Positions 1 through 9,831 are shown, counted from the first letter of the stretch. The stretch is DNA of 64,000 nucleotides from an uncultured SAR86 cluster bacterium (GCA_902627595.1 CACOJO010000003.1:12306-76305); one strand, 5' to 3'. Made by a program: numbers and translations. The notes: a model not told the origin generated them from the letters alone.

Positions 1-503
1 TAATTTTCTTTTTTCTCCAAAGGATTGAGTTCCGGGGTAATAAATCCAACAGTCATTCCCAAACCTTTGAAAATTGGAGACATCCAGTTAGCATCTCTCT
101 TGGCTAAATACTCATTTGCTGTAACTACAATGACACTTTTCCCAGTAAGCGCATTTAGATAGCAAGGTAAGGTTGCGACCAATGTCTTACCTTCTCCAGT
201 TGCCATTTCAGCAATCATGCCTTTGTTTAAAATAGCGCCACCTATCAATTGGCAATCATAATGGCGAAGACCCAAAAATCTTTTACTTGATTCTCTGACA
301 GCTGCAAAAGCTTCTGGAAGCAAATCTTCTAAATTCGCACCATTTGCTAGGTTTTCTTTTAGTTTGCTTGAGGTATTTTTTAGTTCTTCATCTGTTAAGG
401 ATTGAAACCATTCTTCTAAATTGTTTATTGAATTAACGACACTTCCGAGTTGACGTAAAACCCGCTTATCTTTACTTCCAAATAAGAATGATAAAAAGGA
501 CAT
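1..503 (-). CDS. secA: Preprotein translocase ATPase SecA, 5' part (runs off window start)
   Basis: Manual translation from ATG at 503: [19 protein letters not shown]...[12 protein letters not shown]...[17 protein letters not shown] (Walker A). Not in ORF track because truncated. Confidence 0.96.
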   Translation of the reverse strand, partial: MSFLSFLFGSKDKRVLRQLGSVVNSINNLEEWFQSLTDEELKNTSSKLKENLANGANLEDLLPEAFAAVRESSKRFLGLRHYDCQLIGGAILNKGMIAEMATGEGKTLVATLPCYLNALTGKSVIVVTANEYLAKRDANWMSPIFKGLGMTVGFITPELNPLEKKEN

Positions 504-505
504 TT

Positions 506-1426
506 TTATCCAAGACTAGGGTCGATGATTGGTTCTATGTAATCGATTATAGGATTATCACTTTCAGAAGAAATAAGCTCCCAAGAATCTGGAACTTCAA
601 TTAATTTTCTTAAAAGTAAGTTGTTTTGCGTATGTCCAGATTTATAACCCTCAAATTCTCCAATGAGATTATGTTGCAACAAATATAAGTCTCCAATTAC
701 ATCTAAAATTTTATGCTTAACCAATTCGTCTTTGGATCGTAAACCTTCCTCATTCAAAATCTCATTATCTTTAATGGCGATAGCATTTTTTTGGCTAGCA
801 CCTAAGGCAAGAGAATTCTTTTTTAATTCTTCAAATTCTTCCATAAAACCATATGTTCTCGATCTTGCTATTTCTTTCAAATAGGTAGTTGAGTTAAAGT
901 CAATTGTTGTGGTTCGAGAATGACCTTTACGCGCTTCATCATCATAGACAAGCGAGTGGGTTACTTTAAAGCCGTCATAGGGTGATAATTTTGCATAAGC
1001 ACCATTGTCTGTAGTTATTGAGATTTCTTTTTTAATTTTTATAAATTTTTTTGGTTTAGTTTGTTCTTTAATTCCTGCAGACTGAATCAAAAATACAAAA
1101 GGGCTGGCACTACCATCCATAATAGGTACTTCACAATCGTTTATCTCCACGGTGACATTGTCTATTCCTAGACCAGCAAAGGCAGACATCATATGTTCCA
1201 CAGTGGCAATTTCAATTTTTCCATCTTTTAATGTTGTTGCCATTGAAGTAGGTCCCACATTCTCAACTACTGCTTTTATTTCTACGTGAGGTTTTAAATC
1301 AACTCTTTTGAATATCACTCCTTGATCTTCTTGAGCGGGAAGAAGATTAATTGTAATTTTTCTTCCTGAATGAAGCCCAACTCCCGTAGCTTTGATAGGA
1401 TTAGTGAGTGTTCTCTGTACCAACAT
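506..1426 (-). CDS. lpxC: UDP-3-O-acyl-N-acetylglucosamine deacetylase
   Basis: QRTL...GVGLHSG N-terminus, TVEH, PIMDGSA, HKILD, SGH motifs. Start moved to MLVQRT at 1426 to avoid overlap with rlmB. Confidence 0.96.
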   Translation of the reverse strand: MLVQRTLTNPIKATGVGLHSGRKITINLLPAQEDQGVIFKRVDLKPHVEIKAVVENVGPTSMATTLKDGKIEIATVEHMMSAFAGLGIDNVTVEINDCEVPIMDGSASPFVFLIQSAGIKEQTKPKKFIKIKKEISITTDNGAYAKLSPYDGFKVTHSLVYDDEARKGHSRTTTIDFNSTTYLKEIARSRTYGFMEEFEELKKNSLALGASQKNAIAIKDNEILNEEGLRSKDELVKHKILDVIGDLYLLQHNLIGEFEGYKSGHTQNNLLLRKLIEVPDSWELISSESDNPIIDYIEPIIDPSLG

Positions 1427-1430
1427 TGCT

Positions 1431-2129
1431 TTAAGTTCTTTGTTTTCTAGCTTCAAATAGAATAACAGAACAAGCATTAGATACGTTAAGACTTTCTATT
1501 TGCTTATTCATTGGAATTCTTATCATATCATCTACATCTTTTTTTAAATTAGGCTTTATACCTATGTCTTCAGAGCCCATTATAATAGCCGTCGGCATTT
1601 TGTAATCACATTCGTAATAGTTTTTTTCAGCAGTTCCATCACACCCAAGAATGTTGAAATTTAAGTTTTTAAGATTTTTAAGTACATACTTGATGTTATT
1701 CACAATTACAAAAGGCACAATCTCTGAAGCACCTTTAGAAACCTTTCTAACAGTTTCAGTTAAATGACATGCCCTATTTTTACTGACCACTACGGCATCA
1801 ACATCTGCAGCTAAAGCAGTTCTCAATATTGAACCTACGTTTTGTGGATCCATGACATGATCTAAAATTAAGATTAGAGAATTCTTTTTTTGATCAATTA
1901 ATTTTTCTAAAAAATTTATATCTTTAACTACAGATGGTTTGAAAATAGCTGAGAGTTTTTTATCTTTATTGAACAAGATCGGTATATTTTTTTCCTTTGC
2001 TACAGAAATCAATCCCAAAGTTTTTTTATCATTTTTATTTTTTGGAACATAAAGCTCTTCAATTTGTTGAGGAACGTTATCAAGTAAAGTTTTGATAAAG
2101 TTTTGATCTAAAGATTCCAAATTTTTCAT
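1431..2129 (-). CDS. rlmB: 23S rRNA Gm2251 2'-O-methyltransferase (SpoU/TrmH family)
   Basis: LDHVMDPQNVGSILRTA, MGSED, ESLNVSNA SPOUT motifs; follows rnr as usual. Confidence 0.88.
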   Translation of the reverse strand: MKNLESLDQNFIKTLLDNVPQQIEELYVPKNKNDKKTLGLISVAKEKNIPILFNKDKKLSAIFKPSVVKDINFLEKLIDQKKNSLILILDHVMDPQNVGSILRTALAADVDAVVVSKNRACHLTETVRKVSKGASEIVPFVIVNNIKYVLKNLKNLNFNILGCDGTAEKNYYECDYKMPTAIIMGSEDIGIKPNLKKDVDDMIRIPMNKQIESLNVSNACSVILFEARKQRT

Positions 2130-2131
2130 GG

Positions 2132-4012
2132 CTAATTTATTACTCTTAGATCTATTCTTTTTCTAGAAGTTTCCACGGATTTTATTTTAATTTTAAATTT
2201 ATCACCCAAAGCATAGATATCATTTTTATTTGCTGATACTAAAGAATGAGCCTTTGCATCGTGAACATAATAAGGCGATTTCTTAAGATTCCTTATATGA
2301 CAAAATCCCTCAATATTTAGATCATTTATGTGCATAAATAATCCAAATTCTAATACTGAAACAACTTCCCCAATGAACTCCTTGCCAATATGTTCTTCGG
2401 CACATTTGCAACTTAAATATTTAGAAGATTCTCTAACAATTTTTTCTGCCTCTCTATCTTTCTCACTACAGACTAAAGCTATTTCGTCTATTTCATCTTG
2501 AGAGTAGGAGCTTACCTTTTTGTCAATTATAGACTTTATGACTCTGTGGGTTACCAGATCAGCATATCTTCTAATTGGAGAGGTGAAATGGCAATATTCT
2601 TCAAGCCCAAGTGCGAAATGATTACTTTCCTTTCCTGAATAAACAGCTAGCTTCATGCTTCTTAAAATTTGATAAATCAAAGAGAAGGATTTATCTTTTT
2701 GCTTAATTTCTTTCAGCCAATCATTTAGTTTTTTCCTAGGATTCGCCTCATTCATGCCTTTGCGCAGACCTCTGGTTTTGAGAAATTCTTTTAGATTTTC
2801 TAATTCATTTAAATCAGGATTATCATGATGACGAAACGGAATTGGAGTTTTGAGTTTTTTGGTTAACTTAGCAGCACAAATGTTTGCCAAAATCATGGCT
2901 TCTTCTATAACTTCATTTGCCATTAAGTGATTTATTGATTTGAACTTTATAATTTTATTTCCCTTACCAAAAGGCCTGTATTCAGGAAGATAAAAATCTA
3001 TAGCTTTTCTTTTTCCTCTTATTTTTCGTCTCAAAATGTGTATTTTTTTTAGAATTCTTAAATTAGAGAGAACATTTTCAGATAGAGCAATCTGACCTTT
3101 TTGATAAAATTTTTCTACTTCGTCATAGGTGAGACGGCTTTTAGAACAAATAACGGAATTGAAAAATTCAAAAGATTTTAGCTCTCCCGCTTTATCAAGA
3201 TAAATTTCACAGGTCAAAACTAACTTATCTTCATTAGGCCTCAAGGAACAAAGTTGATTTGATATAAGCTCCGGAAGCATTGGCACGACTTTTTTTTCAA
3301 AATATACCGAAGTTCCTCTAGACAAAGCTTCTTTATCAAGTTGAGAGTTTATTGCTACATATTCGGAAACATCTGCAATAGCAACATATAAAACATAGCC
3401 ATCGGGACTTTCCTTTGCATAAACAGCGTCATCAAAATCTTTAGCATTGTTTCCGTCAATAGTGACAAAATCTAAACTTCTAAGATCTTTTCTTGACTCG
3501 ATGTCTTGCAAAGAAATTTCTTTATTAATCTTGTTGCATTCATTGATGACAGGTTTGGACCATTCGGTAGAAAGATCAGATCCACTGGTAGCAAAAATAA
3601 AAGCCTCCTCAAAAACATCATTACTTTTCAGAGTCTTGATAGGTTTTGCCTTCGGCTTATACTTCAGGGAAGGTTGAGAGGTTATTTTTACTTCACAGAT
3701 ATCATTCACTTTAAGATTTTTTAAATTCTTGCCTTCTAGCAATATTTCAAGATGAAAACTTTTATCTAAACTAGTTAGAAAAGTCTTGCCTTTGTGCTTT
3801 TTAATAACGCCTGTGAGCTCTCTAGTATTTCTTTTGATAACTTCTTTAATTTTTGCCTTGCTTCCAGGCATTTTTTGACAGACCACATCATCTCCCGGAA
3901 AAACTTTGAACATTTCTCTTTTAGATAAGGAAAGATACTCTTCATCTGAATACTTAACTCTTCCTCTGCCAGATTTATTCAAAAATATCCTAGCTTTGAA
4001 ACTTTCTTTCAT
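2132..4012 (-). CDS. rnr: Ribonuclease R (short form, lacks N-terminal HTH and basic C-tail)
   Basis: TIDGNNAKDFDDA catalytic motif, HFTSPIRRYADL, C-terminal S1 domain; rnr-rlmB synteny. Confidence 0.9.
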   Translation of the reverse strand: MKESFKARIFLNKSGRGRVKYSDEEYLSLSKREMFKVFPGDDVVCQKMPGSKAKIKEVIKRNTRELTGVIKKHKGKTFLTSLDKSFHLEILLEGKNLKNLKVNDICEVKITSQPSLKYKPKAKPIKTLKSNDVFEEAFIFATSGSDLSTEWSKPVINECNKINKEISLQDIESRKDLRSLDFVTIDGNNAKDFDDAVYAKESPDGYVLYVAIADVSEYVAINSQLDKEALSRGTSVYFEKKVVPMLPELISNQLCSLRPNEDKLVLTCEIYLDKAGELKSFEFFNSVICSKSRLTYDEVEKFYQKGQIALSENVLSNLRILKKIHILRRKIRGKRKAIDFYLPEYRPFGKGNKIIKFKSINHLMANEVIEEAMILANICAAKLTKKLKTPIPFRHHDNPDLNELENLKEFLKTRGLRKGMNEANPRKKLNDWLKEIKQKDKSFSLIYQILRSMKLAVYSGKESNHFALGLEEYCHFTSPIRRYADLVTHRVIKSIIDKKVSSYSQDEIDEIALVCSEKDREAEKIVRESSKYLSCKCAEEHIGKEFIGEVVSVLEFGLFMHINDLNIEGFCHIRNLKKSPYYVHDAKAHSLVSANKNDIYALGDKFKIKIKSVETSRKRIDLRVIN

Positions 4013-4082
4013 CGATTTAATTATACTGCCCTTGATAATCTGTAAAGCGATTTAATTTTTTAATGTATATTGATAGAAAAAT

Positions 4083-4559
4083 ATGACTACTCCAGACCTG
4101 AGCGATAAGTATCCGCATGTAGATTTTTTAAATTTACAGTTTATAAATTTTGGTACAAAAGGTTTTTTTTCGGGCAAAATTGAAACAGCAGTTTGTCCTG
4201 ATGATAATTCAAAAGTTAAGCAAATTCTTGGAGAAGGGGGTGATGGAAGAATTTTAATAGTAGATGGCAAAGGCAGTACCAATGTTGCTTTGATGGGAGA
4301 TATGATAGCTGAGTCTGCAGAAAAGAATAATTGGCAAGCGGTCATCATCAACGGTTGTGTAAGGGATGTTGAGGCTCTTTCTAATTTCAAGATTGGAATA
4401 TTTGCATTGGGCTCAGTTCCAAAAAAAAGCAAAAAAAGGAATCTAGGAGAAATTGGAGTGAATATTAATTTTGGAGGTGTATCAATTGAGCCTGGAAACT
4501 GGGCTTATGCCGATGAAAGTGGGATATTAATTTCTAAAGAGCAGTTGGATTTTGATTAG
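4083..4559 (+). CDS. rraA: RraA family protein (RNase E regulator / HMG aldolase-like)
   Basis: TPDLSD, DDNSKV, ILIVDGKGS, ALMGD, GCVRD, YADESG motifs. Confidence 0.88.
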   Translation: MTTPDLSDKYPHVDFLNLQFINFGTKGFFSGKIETAVCPDDNSKVKQILGEGGDGRILIVDGKGSTNVALMGDMIAESAEKNNWQAVIINGCVRDVEALSNFKIGIFALGSVPKKSKKRNLGEIGVNINFGGVSIEPGNWAYADESGILISKEQLDFD

Positions 4560-6991
4560 ATTTTTATCTCTTCTGTAATTGAAATATCACTTACAGAAGT
4601 TCCGATATGAATGACATAATCTCCTTTTACAATTTCCCACATAGATTTTTTTTCGTTCCATTCAGAGAGATCTCTTTTACAAACTTTTAAAGTCAATTTT
4701 TTTGAATTATTTTTTTTGAGTTTTAATTTTTTAAAATCTACGAGCTTCTTTTTTGGTGTTTCAGCTTTAATTTTTTTTCTTTCAAGATAACACTGCACAG
4801 TTTCAAAGGTAGAAAAGTTTCCAATGTTCTTAAGTTTCACTTTAACTTCTATTTTGTTTTTCTTTTTCAGGAGAGAAACTTTTTTTAATTTAAATTTTGA
4901 GTAGGACAAACCGTGCCCGAAAGAAAAAAGAGGATTAATATCCTTCTTTTCGTACCATTTATATCCAATTAATAATTTTTCCTTGTAATCCATTTGGAGG
5001 TCTTTGCCCGGATAACATGAATATGCAGGTGTATCTGAAAGTTTTTTAGGGTATGTGGTAGGCAATTTACCACTTGGACTTTCCTTGCCAAATAATATTT
5101 CAGCCAATGCATTTCCAAATTCTTGTCCAGGAAACCAAGTTTGTAAGATAGCTGGACAAGATTTTATCCAAGGCATGCTTATTGGAGATCCTGTATTGAT
5201 AACCAGAACTGTATTTTTATTAGCAGCCAAAATCTTTTTAATCAATGAGTCTTGCTCGCCTGGTAGATTTAAACTTTTTCTATCATTTCCTTCAGTTTCC
5301 CAATCAGAATTTGTACCTACAACAAGGATGACTGCATCGGATTGCTTTGCAGTATTTACTGCTTCTTCAAGCAAATCAGTTGAGTCAGGAGGTCTGCAGC
5401 CAAATTGAATTGCGGGAAATCTTCCCTCAAATTCATACTCAATCTCAACTAAATATTCCTTTCCCTTAGAAAGCTTTATCTTGTTCCTCTTTGGAGCGCA
5501 TGCAAAACCAAAAAAAGCGTCTCCCTTTTTTTGAGAGGACCAGTTATCAACTACCACTTTTCCATTTATTTTTATTCTGGATAAGCCAATGCTAAAAACT
5601 TCAAATTCAAATTCACCTGAAATTATCGGTTTGTAGATAGTAGAAAACTTTACAGATAATTCGGGTCTTTCTTTCTCATCTAAAAACTCTCTCGCAAATC
5701 CTTGAAGCGCCCAAAACCTACTTCCACTTAAAATTTGTTTTTCGATTGGCTCTCCATCAAAAGTTTTTCCTCGAAAAAACTCTACTTCAAAGCCTTTTTC
5801 TTTTTTTCCTGGAATATAAGAGATTTCTTTTTCTAAAGCTGGAAAATATTTGTCAATATGACAGCCCTTCGCATAGTTTATTTTTACTTTTTCTTCTTTC
5901 AAGTAGTTCGAAATACCCTCTAATGGATGAATTTCATAATGAGGTTTTAACCCCGCACTTCCTCCGCCAATTATTTGGCTATCCTTAACATTTGGTCCTA
6001 TGACAGCAATTTTGGAAATTTTAGTTTTTTCAAGGGGCAAGATTTCTTCATTTTTTAAAAGAACCATGCCTTCAATAGCAGTTTGTTTAATAAGTTCGCG
6101 ATGTGACTTTTTGTCAATACTTTTTTCTGAAACTCTTTTTTTGTCAAACCTTTTGGTAAATTTTGCAACCTTCAGAATTCTTTTTACTTTATCGTCTATC
6201 TTTTCTTCATCAACTAATCCATCTTTAACTGCTTCAAAAAGGTTTTTCCCCCAAGTTTTTGCAGGACCTGGCATCTCTAAATCAAGACCACCATTTGCAT
6301 TTTCTACAGTCTCTAAAGCAGCTCCCCAGTCGCTAACTACATAACCATCAAATTTCCATTCTTTTTTTAAAATTTTATTAATTAATTCGTCATGAGAACT
6401 ACAATAAATATTATTTACCTTGTTGTAAGCTGACATCACCACTTTGGCTTTAGCTTCTTTAATCCCCATTTCAAATGGATATAAATAAAGTTCTCTCAAG
6501 GTTTTTTCATCTATATTGGAACTTACTAAATGTCTTTCGTACTCTGTATCATTTCCAACAAAGTGTTTTAAACATGCTGCAACTCCTTTGCTTTGAACCC
6601 CAGAAACATAAGCACAAGCAATTTTTGACGTTAAAACTGGATCTTCCGAATAACATTCAAAATGGCGTCCACCAAGCGGGTGGCGATGTAAATTAATCGT
6701 AGGGGCAAGAAGAACATCGACATCTTTAAAAACAGCTTCTTCTCCTGTAGCTGAACCAACTTTTTTAATTAAGTTTTCATTCCATGTAGCTCCTAAAAGA
6801 ATTGGACTAGGAAAACAAGCTGAAGTTTGAGGTGTATTTGAGTCACCTCTCACACCATTAGGCCCATCGGACATCTTAATTTTTGGTATCCCATATTTTC
6901 TAATATCTGGCGTGTACCAGTTATCAAAACCTGATAACAGAGATATTTTCTCTTCTAAAGATAAAGCGGATATTATTTTTTTCAATTTCAT
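4556..6991 (-). CDS. GH3 beta-glucosidase with PA14 insertion and Fn3-like C-terminus; no signal peptide
   Basis: SDGPNGVRG, GGRHFECYSEDP, KHF, VVSDW (nucleophile Asp), GLDLEMPG, VLLKN, PSGKLP, FGHGLSY motifs. Confidence 0.92.
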   Translation of the reverse strand: MKLKKIISALSLEEKISLLSGFDNWYTPDIRKYGIPKIKMSDGPNGVRGDSNTPQTSACFPSPILLGATWNENLIKKVGSATGEEAVFKDVDVLLAPTINLHRHPLGGRHFECYSEDPVLTSKIACAYVSGVQSKGVAACLKHFVGNDTEYERHLVSSNIDEKTLRELYLYPFEMGIKEAKAKVVMSAYNKVNNIYCSSHDELINKILKKEWKFDGYVVSDWGAALETVENANGGLDLEMPGPAKTWGKNLFEAVKDGLVDEEKIDDKVKRILKVAKFTKRFDKKRVSEKSIDKKSHRELIKQTAIEGMVLLKNEEILPLEKTKISKIAVIGPNVKDSQIIGGGSAGLKPHYEIHPLEGISNYLKEEKVKINYAKGCHIDKYFPALEKEISYIPGKKEKGFEVEFFRGKTFDGEPIEKQILSGSRFWALQGFAREFLDEKERPELSVKFSTIYKPIISGEFEFEVFSIGLSRIKINGKVVVDNWSSQKKGDAFFGFACAPKRNKIKLSKGKEYLVEIEYEFEGRFPAIQFGCRPPDSTDLLEEAVNTAKQSDAVILVVGTNSDWETEGNDRKSLNLPGEQDSLIKKILAANKNTVLVINTGSPISMPWIKSCPAILQTWFPGQEFGNALAEILFGKESPSGKLPTTYPKKLSDTPAYSCYPGKDLQMDYKEKLLIGYKWYEKKDINPLFSFGHGLSYSKFKLKKVSLLKKKNKIEVKVKLKNIGNFSTFETVQCYLERKKIKAETPKKKLVDFKKLKLKKNNSKKLTLKVCKRDLSEWNEKKSMWEIVKGDYVIHIGTSVSDISITEEIKI

Positions 6992-7033
6992 TTCTTTGTT
7001 AAGGAGTATACTTTGTAAAAACCTTTTTTGAGA

Positions 7034-7393
7034 ATGCCTTTTTTTATTGTTTTATTTTTTTACATTACAATTTCCATATATCAGATTAGTGCAGTAGCAG
7101 ATGCTTTAAAACTAATCTTTATGGTTCAAAGCACTTTTTTAGAAGGCATATTATTTATCATTTCCCTTTTTCTCACTTTTACTCCTATTTTAGGACCGAT
7201 ACTAGGGATTGTTGGCGCTACTTTTGTTTGGGAATGGAATATCTTTTTTTCAGCCATGTTATTTTTTTGGCCTTATTTGATTGGTTTTTTATTTTTAATT
7301 TTAAGAAGAAATAAATTAAATCGACGCAAACCAGAAAATAAAAAGCAAGATATAGAGGATGCTCAGATAATCGAAGAAGAAAAATTTAAGTAG
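7034..7393 (+). CDS. Hypothetical small membrane protein with charged C-terminal tail
   Basis: About 120-codon ORF filling the gap; several hydrophobic segments followed by RRNKLNRRKPENKKQDIEDAQIIEEEKFK. ATG at 7034 preferred over TTG at 7028. Confidence 0.75.
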   Translation: MPFFIVLFFYITISIYQISAVADALKLIFMVQSTFLEGILFIISLFLTFTPILGPILGIVGATFVWEWNIFFSAMLFFWPYLIGFLFLILRRNKLNRRKPENKKQDIEDAQIIEEEKFK

Positions 7394-7399
7394 TTTCGG

Positions 7400-7472
7400 A
7401 GCTGGCGATTGGATTCGAACCAACGACCGCCTGATTACAAATCAGGAGCTCTACCAACTGAGCTACGCCAGC
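7400..7472 (-). tRNA. tRNA-Thr(TGT); CCA not encoded (followed by CCG)
   Basis: GCTGGCG/CGCCAGC acceptor stem, D arm, CTGAT-TTGTAA-TCAG anticodon arm, GGTTCGAATCC T loop. Confidence 0.96.
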
Positions 7473-7516
7473 AAATCAGATGGAGATGATATATTAATTA
7501 AAAAAAAATTTGCAGA

Positions 7517-8305
7517 TTAATTTATTTTTATTGAAACTTCTCCAGAAGAAATTTTTCTTATTTCTTCATTTATTTTTACCTTTAGCATCCCATCAGAATC
7601 AACATCTAAAGCTAATACATTAGAGTCATCATAGTTTGAAAGATAAATTTTTTTATCCTTTAAAAAATTTAATTTGTTAAATTCTTTTTCATAATAAACA
7701 AACCCCTTTTTTTCGAAATTATTTTTATTTGAAATTATTTCGTTTGCTATGTTGGCGATTATTTCATTTCTATCAAAAACAATTTTTTTAGCTTCTAATT
7801 TTAAAGAGGTCCAATCACGTTTAATTTTTGAATTACTTGTCATAAAAACATTTAAGCCAATTCCAACAACAATCAAATTGTTTTGGTCTCTAGTTAAAGT
7901 CTCAATTAAAATTCCTCCAACTTTTTTTTTGTTTAGATAAATATCATTTGGCCATTTAATTTTCGTGTGAATATTTTTCTTTAAAAGAACATTATGAATT
8001 GCGATAGCTGTTACTAAACTGAAAGAGCTAAAGTTTCTCAATTCATGATCCGTAGTAAAACTCAAAGACATATAAATATTTTCATTTTTTGGACTTTGCC
8101 ATTGTTTTAAATTTCTACCTCTACCTTTGGTTTGGCTTTCAGCTAGGCAAAGACATATTTTTTTTGTATTTGCAGAGTTAATTAGATAATCGTTAGTTGA
8201 TTCTACTTCTTCAAAAATAGACAAATCCCAGTCAATATCGCTATTTTTTTTTAGAAAATTTAATATTTTTTCTTCTTTTAAAGTATTTTGTTTGACATCT
8301 TCCAT
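7517..8305 (-). CDS. birA: Biotin--[acetyl-CoA carboxylase] ligase lacking the N-terminal HTH
   Basis: STN, AESQTKGRGR, KWPND, KKVGGILIE, GIGLN motifs. Confidence 0.93.
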   Translation of the reverse strand: MEDVKQNTLKEEKILNFLKKNSDIDWDLSIFEEVESTNDYLINSANTKKICLCLAESQTKGRGRNLKQWQSPKNENIYMSLSFTTDHELRNFSSFSLVTAIAIHNVLLKKNIHTKIKWPNDIYLNKKKVGGILIETLTRDQNNLIVVGIGLNVFMTSNSKIKRDWTSLKLEAKKIVFDRNEIIANIANEIISNKNNFEKKGFVYYEKEFNKLNFLKDKKIYLSNYDDSNVLALDVDSDGMLKVKINEEIRKISSGEVSIKIN

Positions 8306-8320
8306 ATGTACTCAGAGAAT
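8292..8320 (+). promoter_or_regulatory. Putative sigma70 promoter for tRNA-Tyr, overlapping the birA start
   Basis: TTGACA(8292-8297)-17 nt-GAGAAT(8315-8320), 13 nt before the tRNA. Confidence 0.55.
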
Positions 8321-8333
8321 ACACAACTCTATA

Positions 8334-8417
8334 GGAGGGGTTGGGGAGCGGTCAAACCCATCTGACTGTAAATCAGACGCTTCGGCTTCGCAGGTTCGAA
8401 TCCTGCCCCCTCCACCA
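8334..8417 (+). tRNA. tRNA-Tyr(GTA)
   Basis: GGAGGGG/CCCCTCC acceptor stem, CTGTAAA anticodon loop, long variable arm, GGTTCGAATCC, encoded CCA. Confidence 0.97.
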
Positions 8418-8423
8418 AAAGTG

Positions 8424-8452
8424 TTGCAATTAAGCAAAAATTTAAGTATAAA
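8424..8452 (+). promoter_or_regulatory. Putative sigma70 promoter for tRNA-Thr-tuf-tRNA-Trp-secE
   Basis: TTGCAA-17 nt-TATAAA followed by GC-rich discriminator GCCG. Confidence 0.7.
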
Positions 8453-8532
8453 GCCGTTCGGAGCAACGGGTGTTGAGAGTGATTTATTAATCTACTTTTT
8501 ATCTTGCCGTCTCCTAAATTATTAAGGGACCT

Positions 8533-8608
<76 letters not shown>

Positions 8609-8637
8609 TTAAGAAAGTTTTTTAAAGAGGAAGAAAA

Positions 8638-9831
8638 ATGTCAAAAGAAAAATTCGAAAGAACCAAGCCGCATTTAAACGTGGGAACAATCGGTCACGTT
8701 GATCATGGTAAAACTACTTTAACCGCTGCGCTCACAAAAGTTTGTGCTGAAGTTCAAGGTACTGGTGAAGCAATTGCTTTTGATGGAATTGATAATGCTC
8801 CAGAAGAAAAAGAAAGAGGAATAACAATTGCAACTTCTCATGTGGAATATGACTCACCTGCCAGACACTATGCTCATGTAGATTGTCCAGGTCATGCAGA
8901 CTACATCAAAAATATGATTACTGGCGCTGCGCAAATGGACGGAGCTATTTTGGTTGTGAATTGTGCTGATGGTCCTATGCCTCAAACTAGAGAACATATT
9001 CTTTTAGCTAGACAAGTTGGAGTGCCTTATATTGTTGTTTACTTGAATAAAGCAGATCAAGTAGATGATGCAGAGCTTATTGAGCTTGTAGAAGTAGAAG
9101 TTAGGGATTTATTGAATGAATATGAGTTCCCTGGAGATGATACTCCTATTATTGTCGGCTCAGCTTTAAAAGCTCTTGAAGGAGAAGACTCAGAACATGG
9201 TAAGCAATCCGTAGTTAAATTAGTAGAGGCTTTAGACTCTTACATCCCAGAACCAACAAGAGAAACAGACAAACCTTTTTTAATGCCAATAGAAGACATT
9301 TTCTCCATTCAAGGACGTGGAACTGTTGTTACTGGAAGAATTGAAAGAGGGGAAGTTAAAGTGAATGATGAAATGGAAATTGTTGGTATAAGAGATACTG
9401 AAAAGACAGTTTGTACAGGAGTAGAAATGTTCAGGAAGCTTTTAGATGAAGGTAAAGCTGGAGAGAATGTTGGAGTTCTTTTAAGAGGTACAAAAAGAGA
9501 AGATGTAGAAAGAGGACAAGTTCTTTCGGCGCCTGGTTCAATTACTCCTCACACCAAATTTGAAGCTCAAGTATATGTGCTAAGCAAAGAGGAAGGTGGA
9601 AGACATACTCCTTTCTTCAAAGGGTACAGACCTCAATTTTACGTAAGAACAACCGACGTTACAGGAGAAGTTACGCTTCCAGATGGTGTAGAGATGGTTA
9701 TGCCAGGTGACGATGTTGCTGTGACAGTAGAGTTGATTTCACCAGTAGCAATGGAAGATGGTATGAAGTTCGCCATTCGTGAAGGAGGCAGAACTGTAGG
9801 TGCTGGAGTAGTTTCTAAAATTATTCAATAG
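8638..9831 (+). CDS. tuf: Elongation factor Tu
   Basis: [33 protein letters not shown] upstream. Confidence 0.99.
   Translation: MSKEKFERTKPHLNVGTIGHVDHGKTTLTAALTKVCAEVQGTGEAIAFDGIDNAPEEKERGITIATSHVEYDSPARHYAHVDCPGHADYIKNMITGAAQMDGAILVVNCADGPMPQTREHILLARQVGVPYIVVYLNKADQVDDAELIELVEVEVRDLLNEYEFPGDDTPIIVGSALKALEGEDSEHGKQSVVKLVEALDSYIPEPTRETDKPFLMPIEDIFSIQGRGTVVTGRIERGEVKVNDEMEIVGIRDTEKTVCTGVEMFRKLLDEGKAGENVGVLLRGTKREDVERGQVLSAPGSITPHTKFEAQVYVLSKEEGGRHTPFFKGYRPQFYVRTTDVTGEVTLPDGVEMVMPGDDVAVTVELISPVAMEDGMKFAIREGGRTVGAGVVSKIIQ

Noticed and set aside
4540..7472. Integrative island at the tRNA-Thr(TGT) 3' end
   Set aside because: No integrase and no convincing duplicated tRNA 3' fragment was found.
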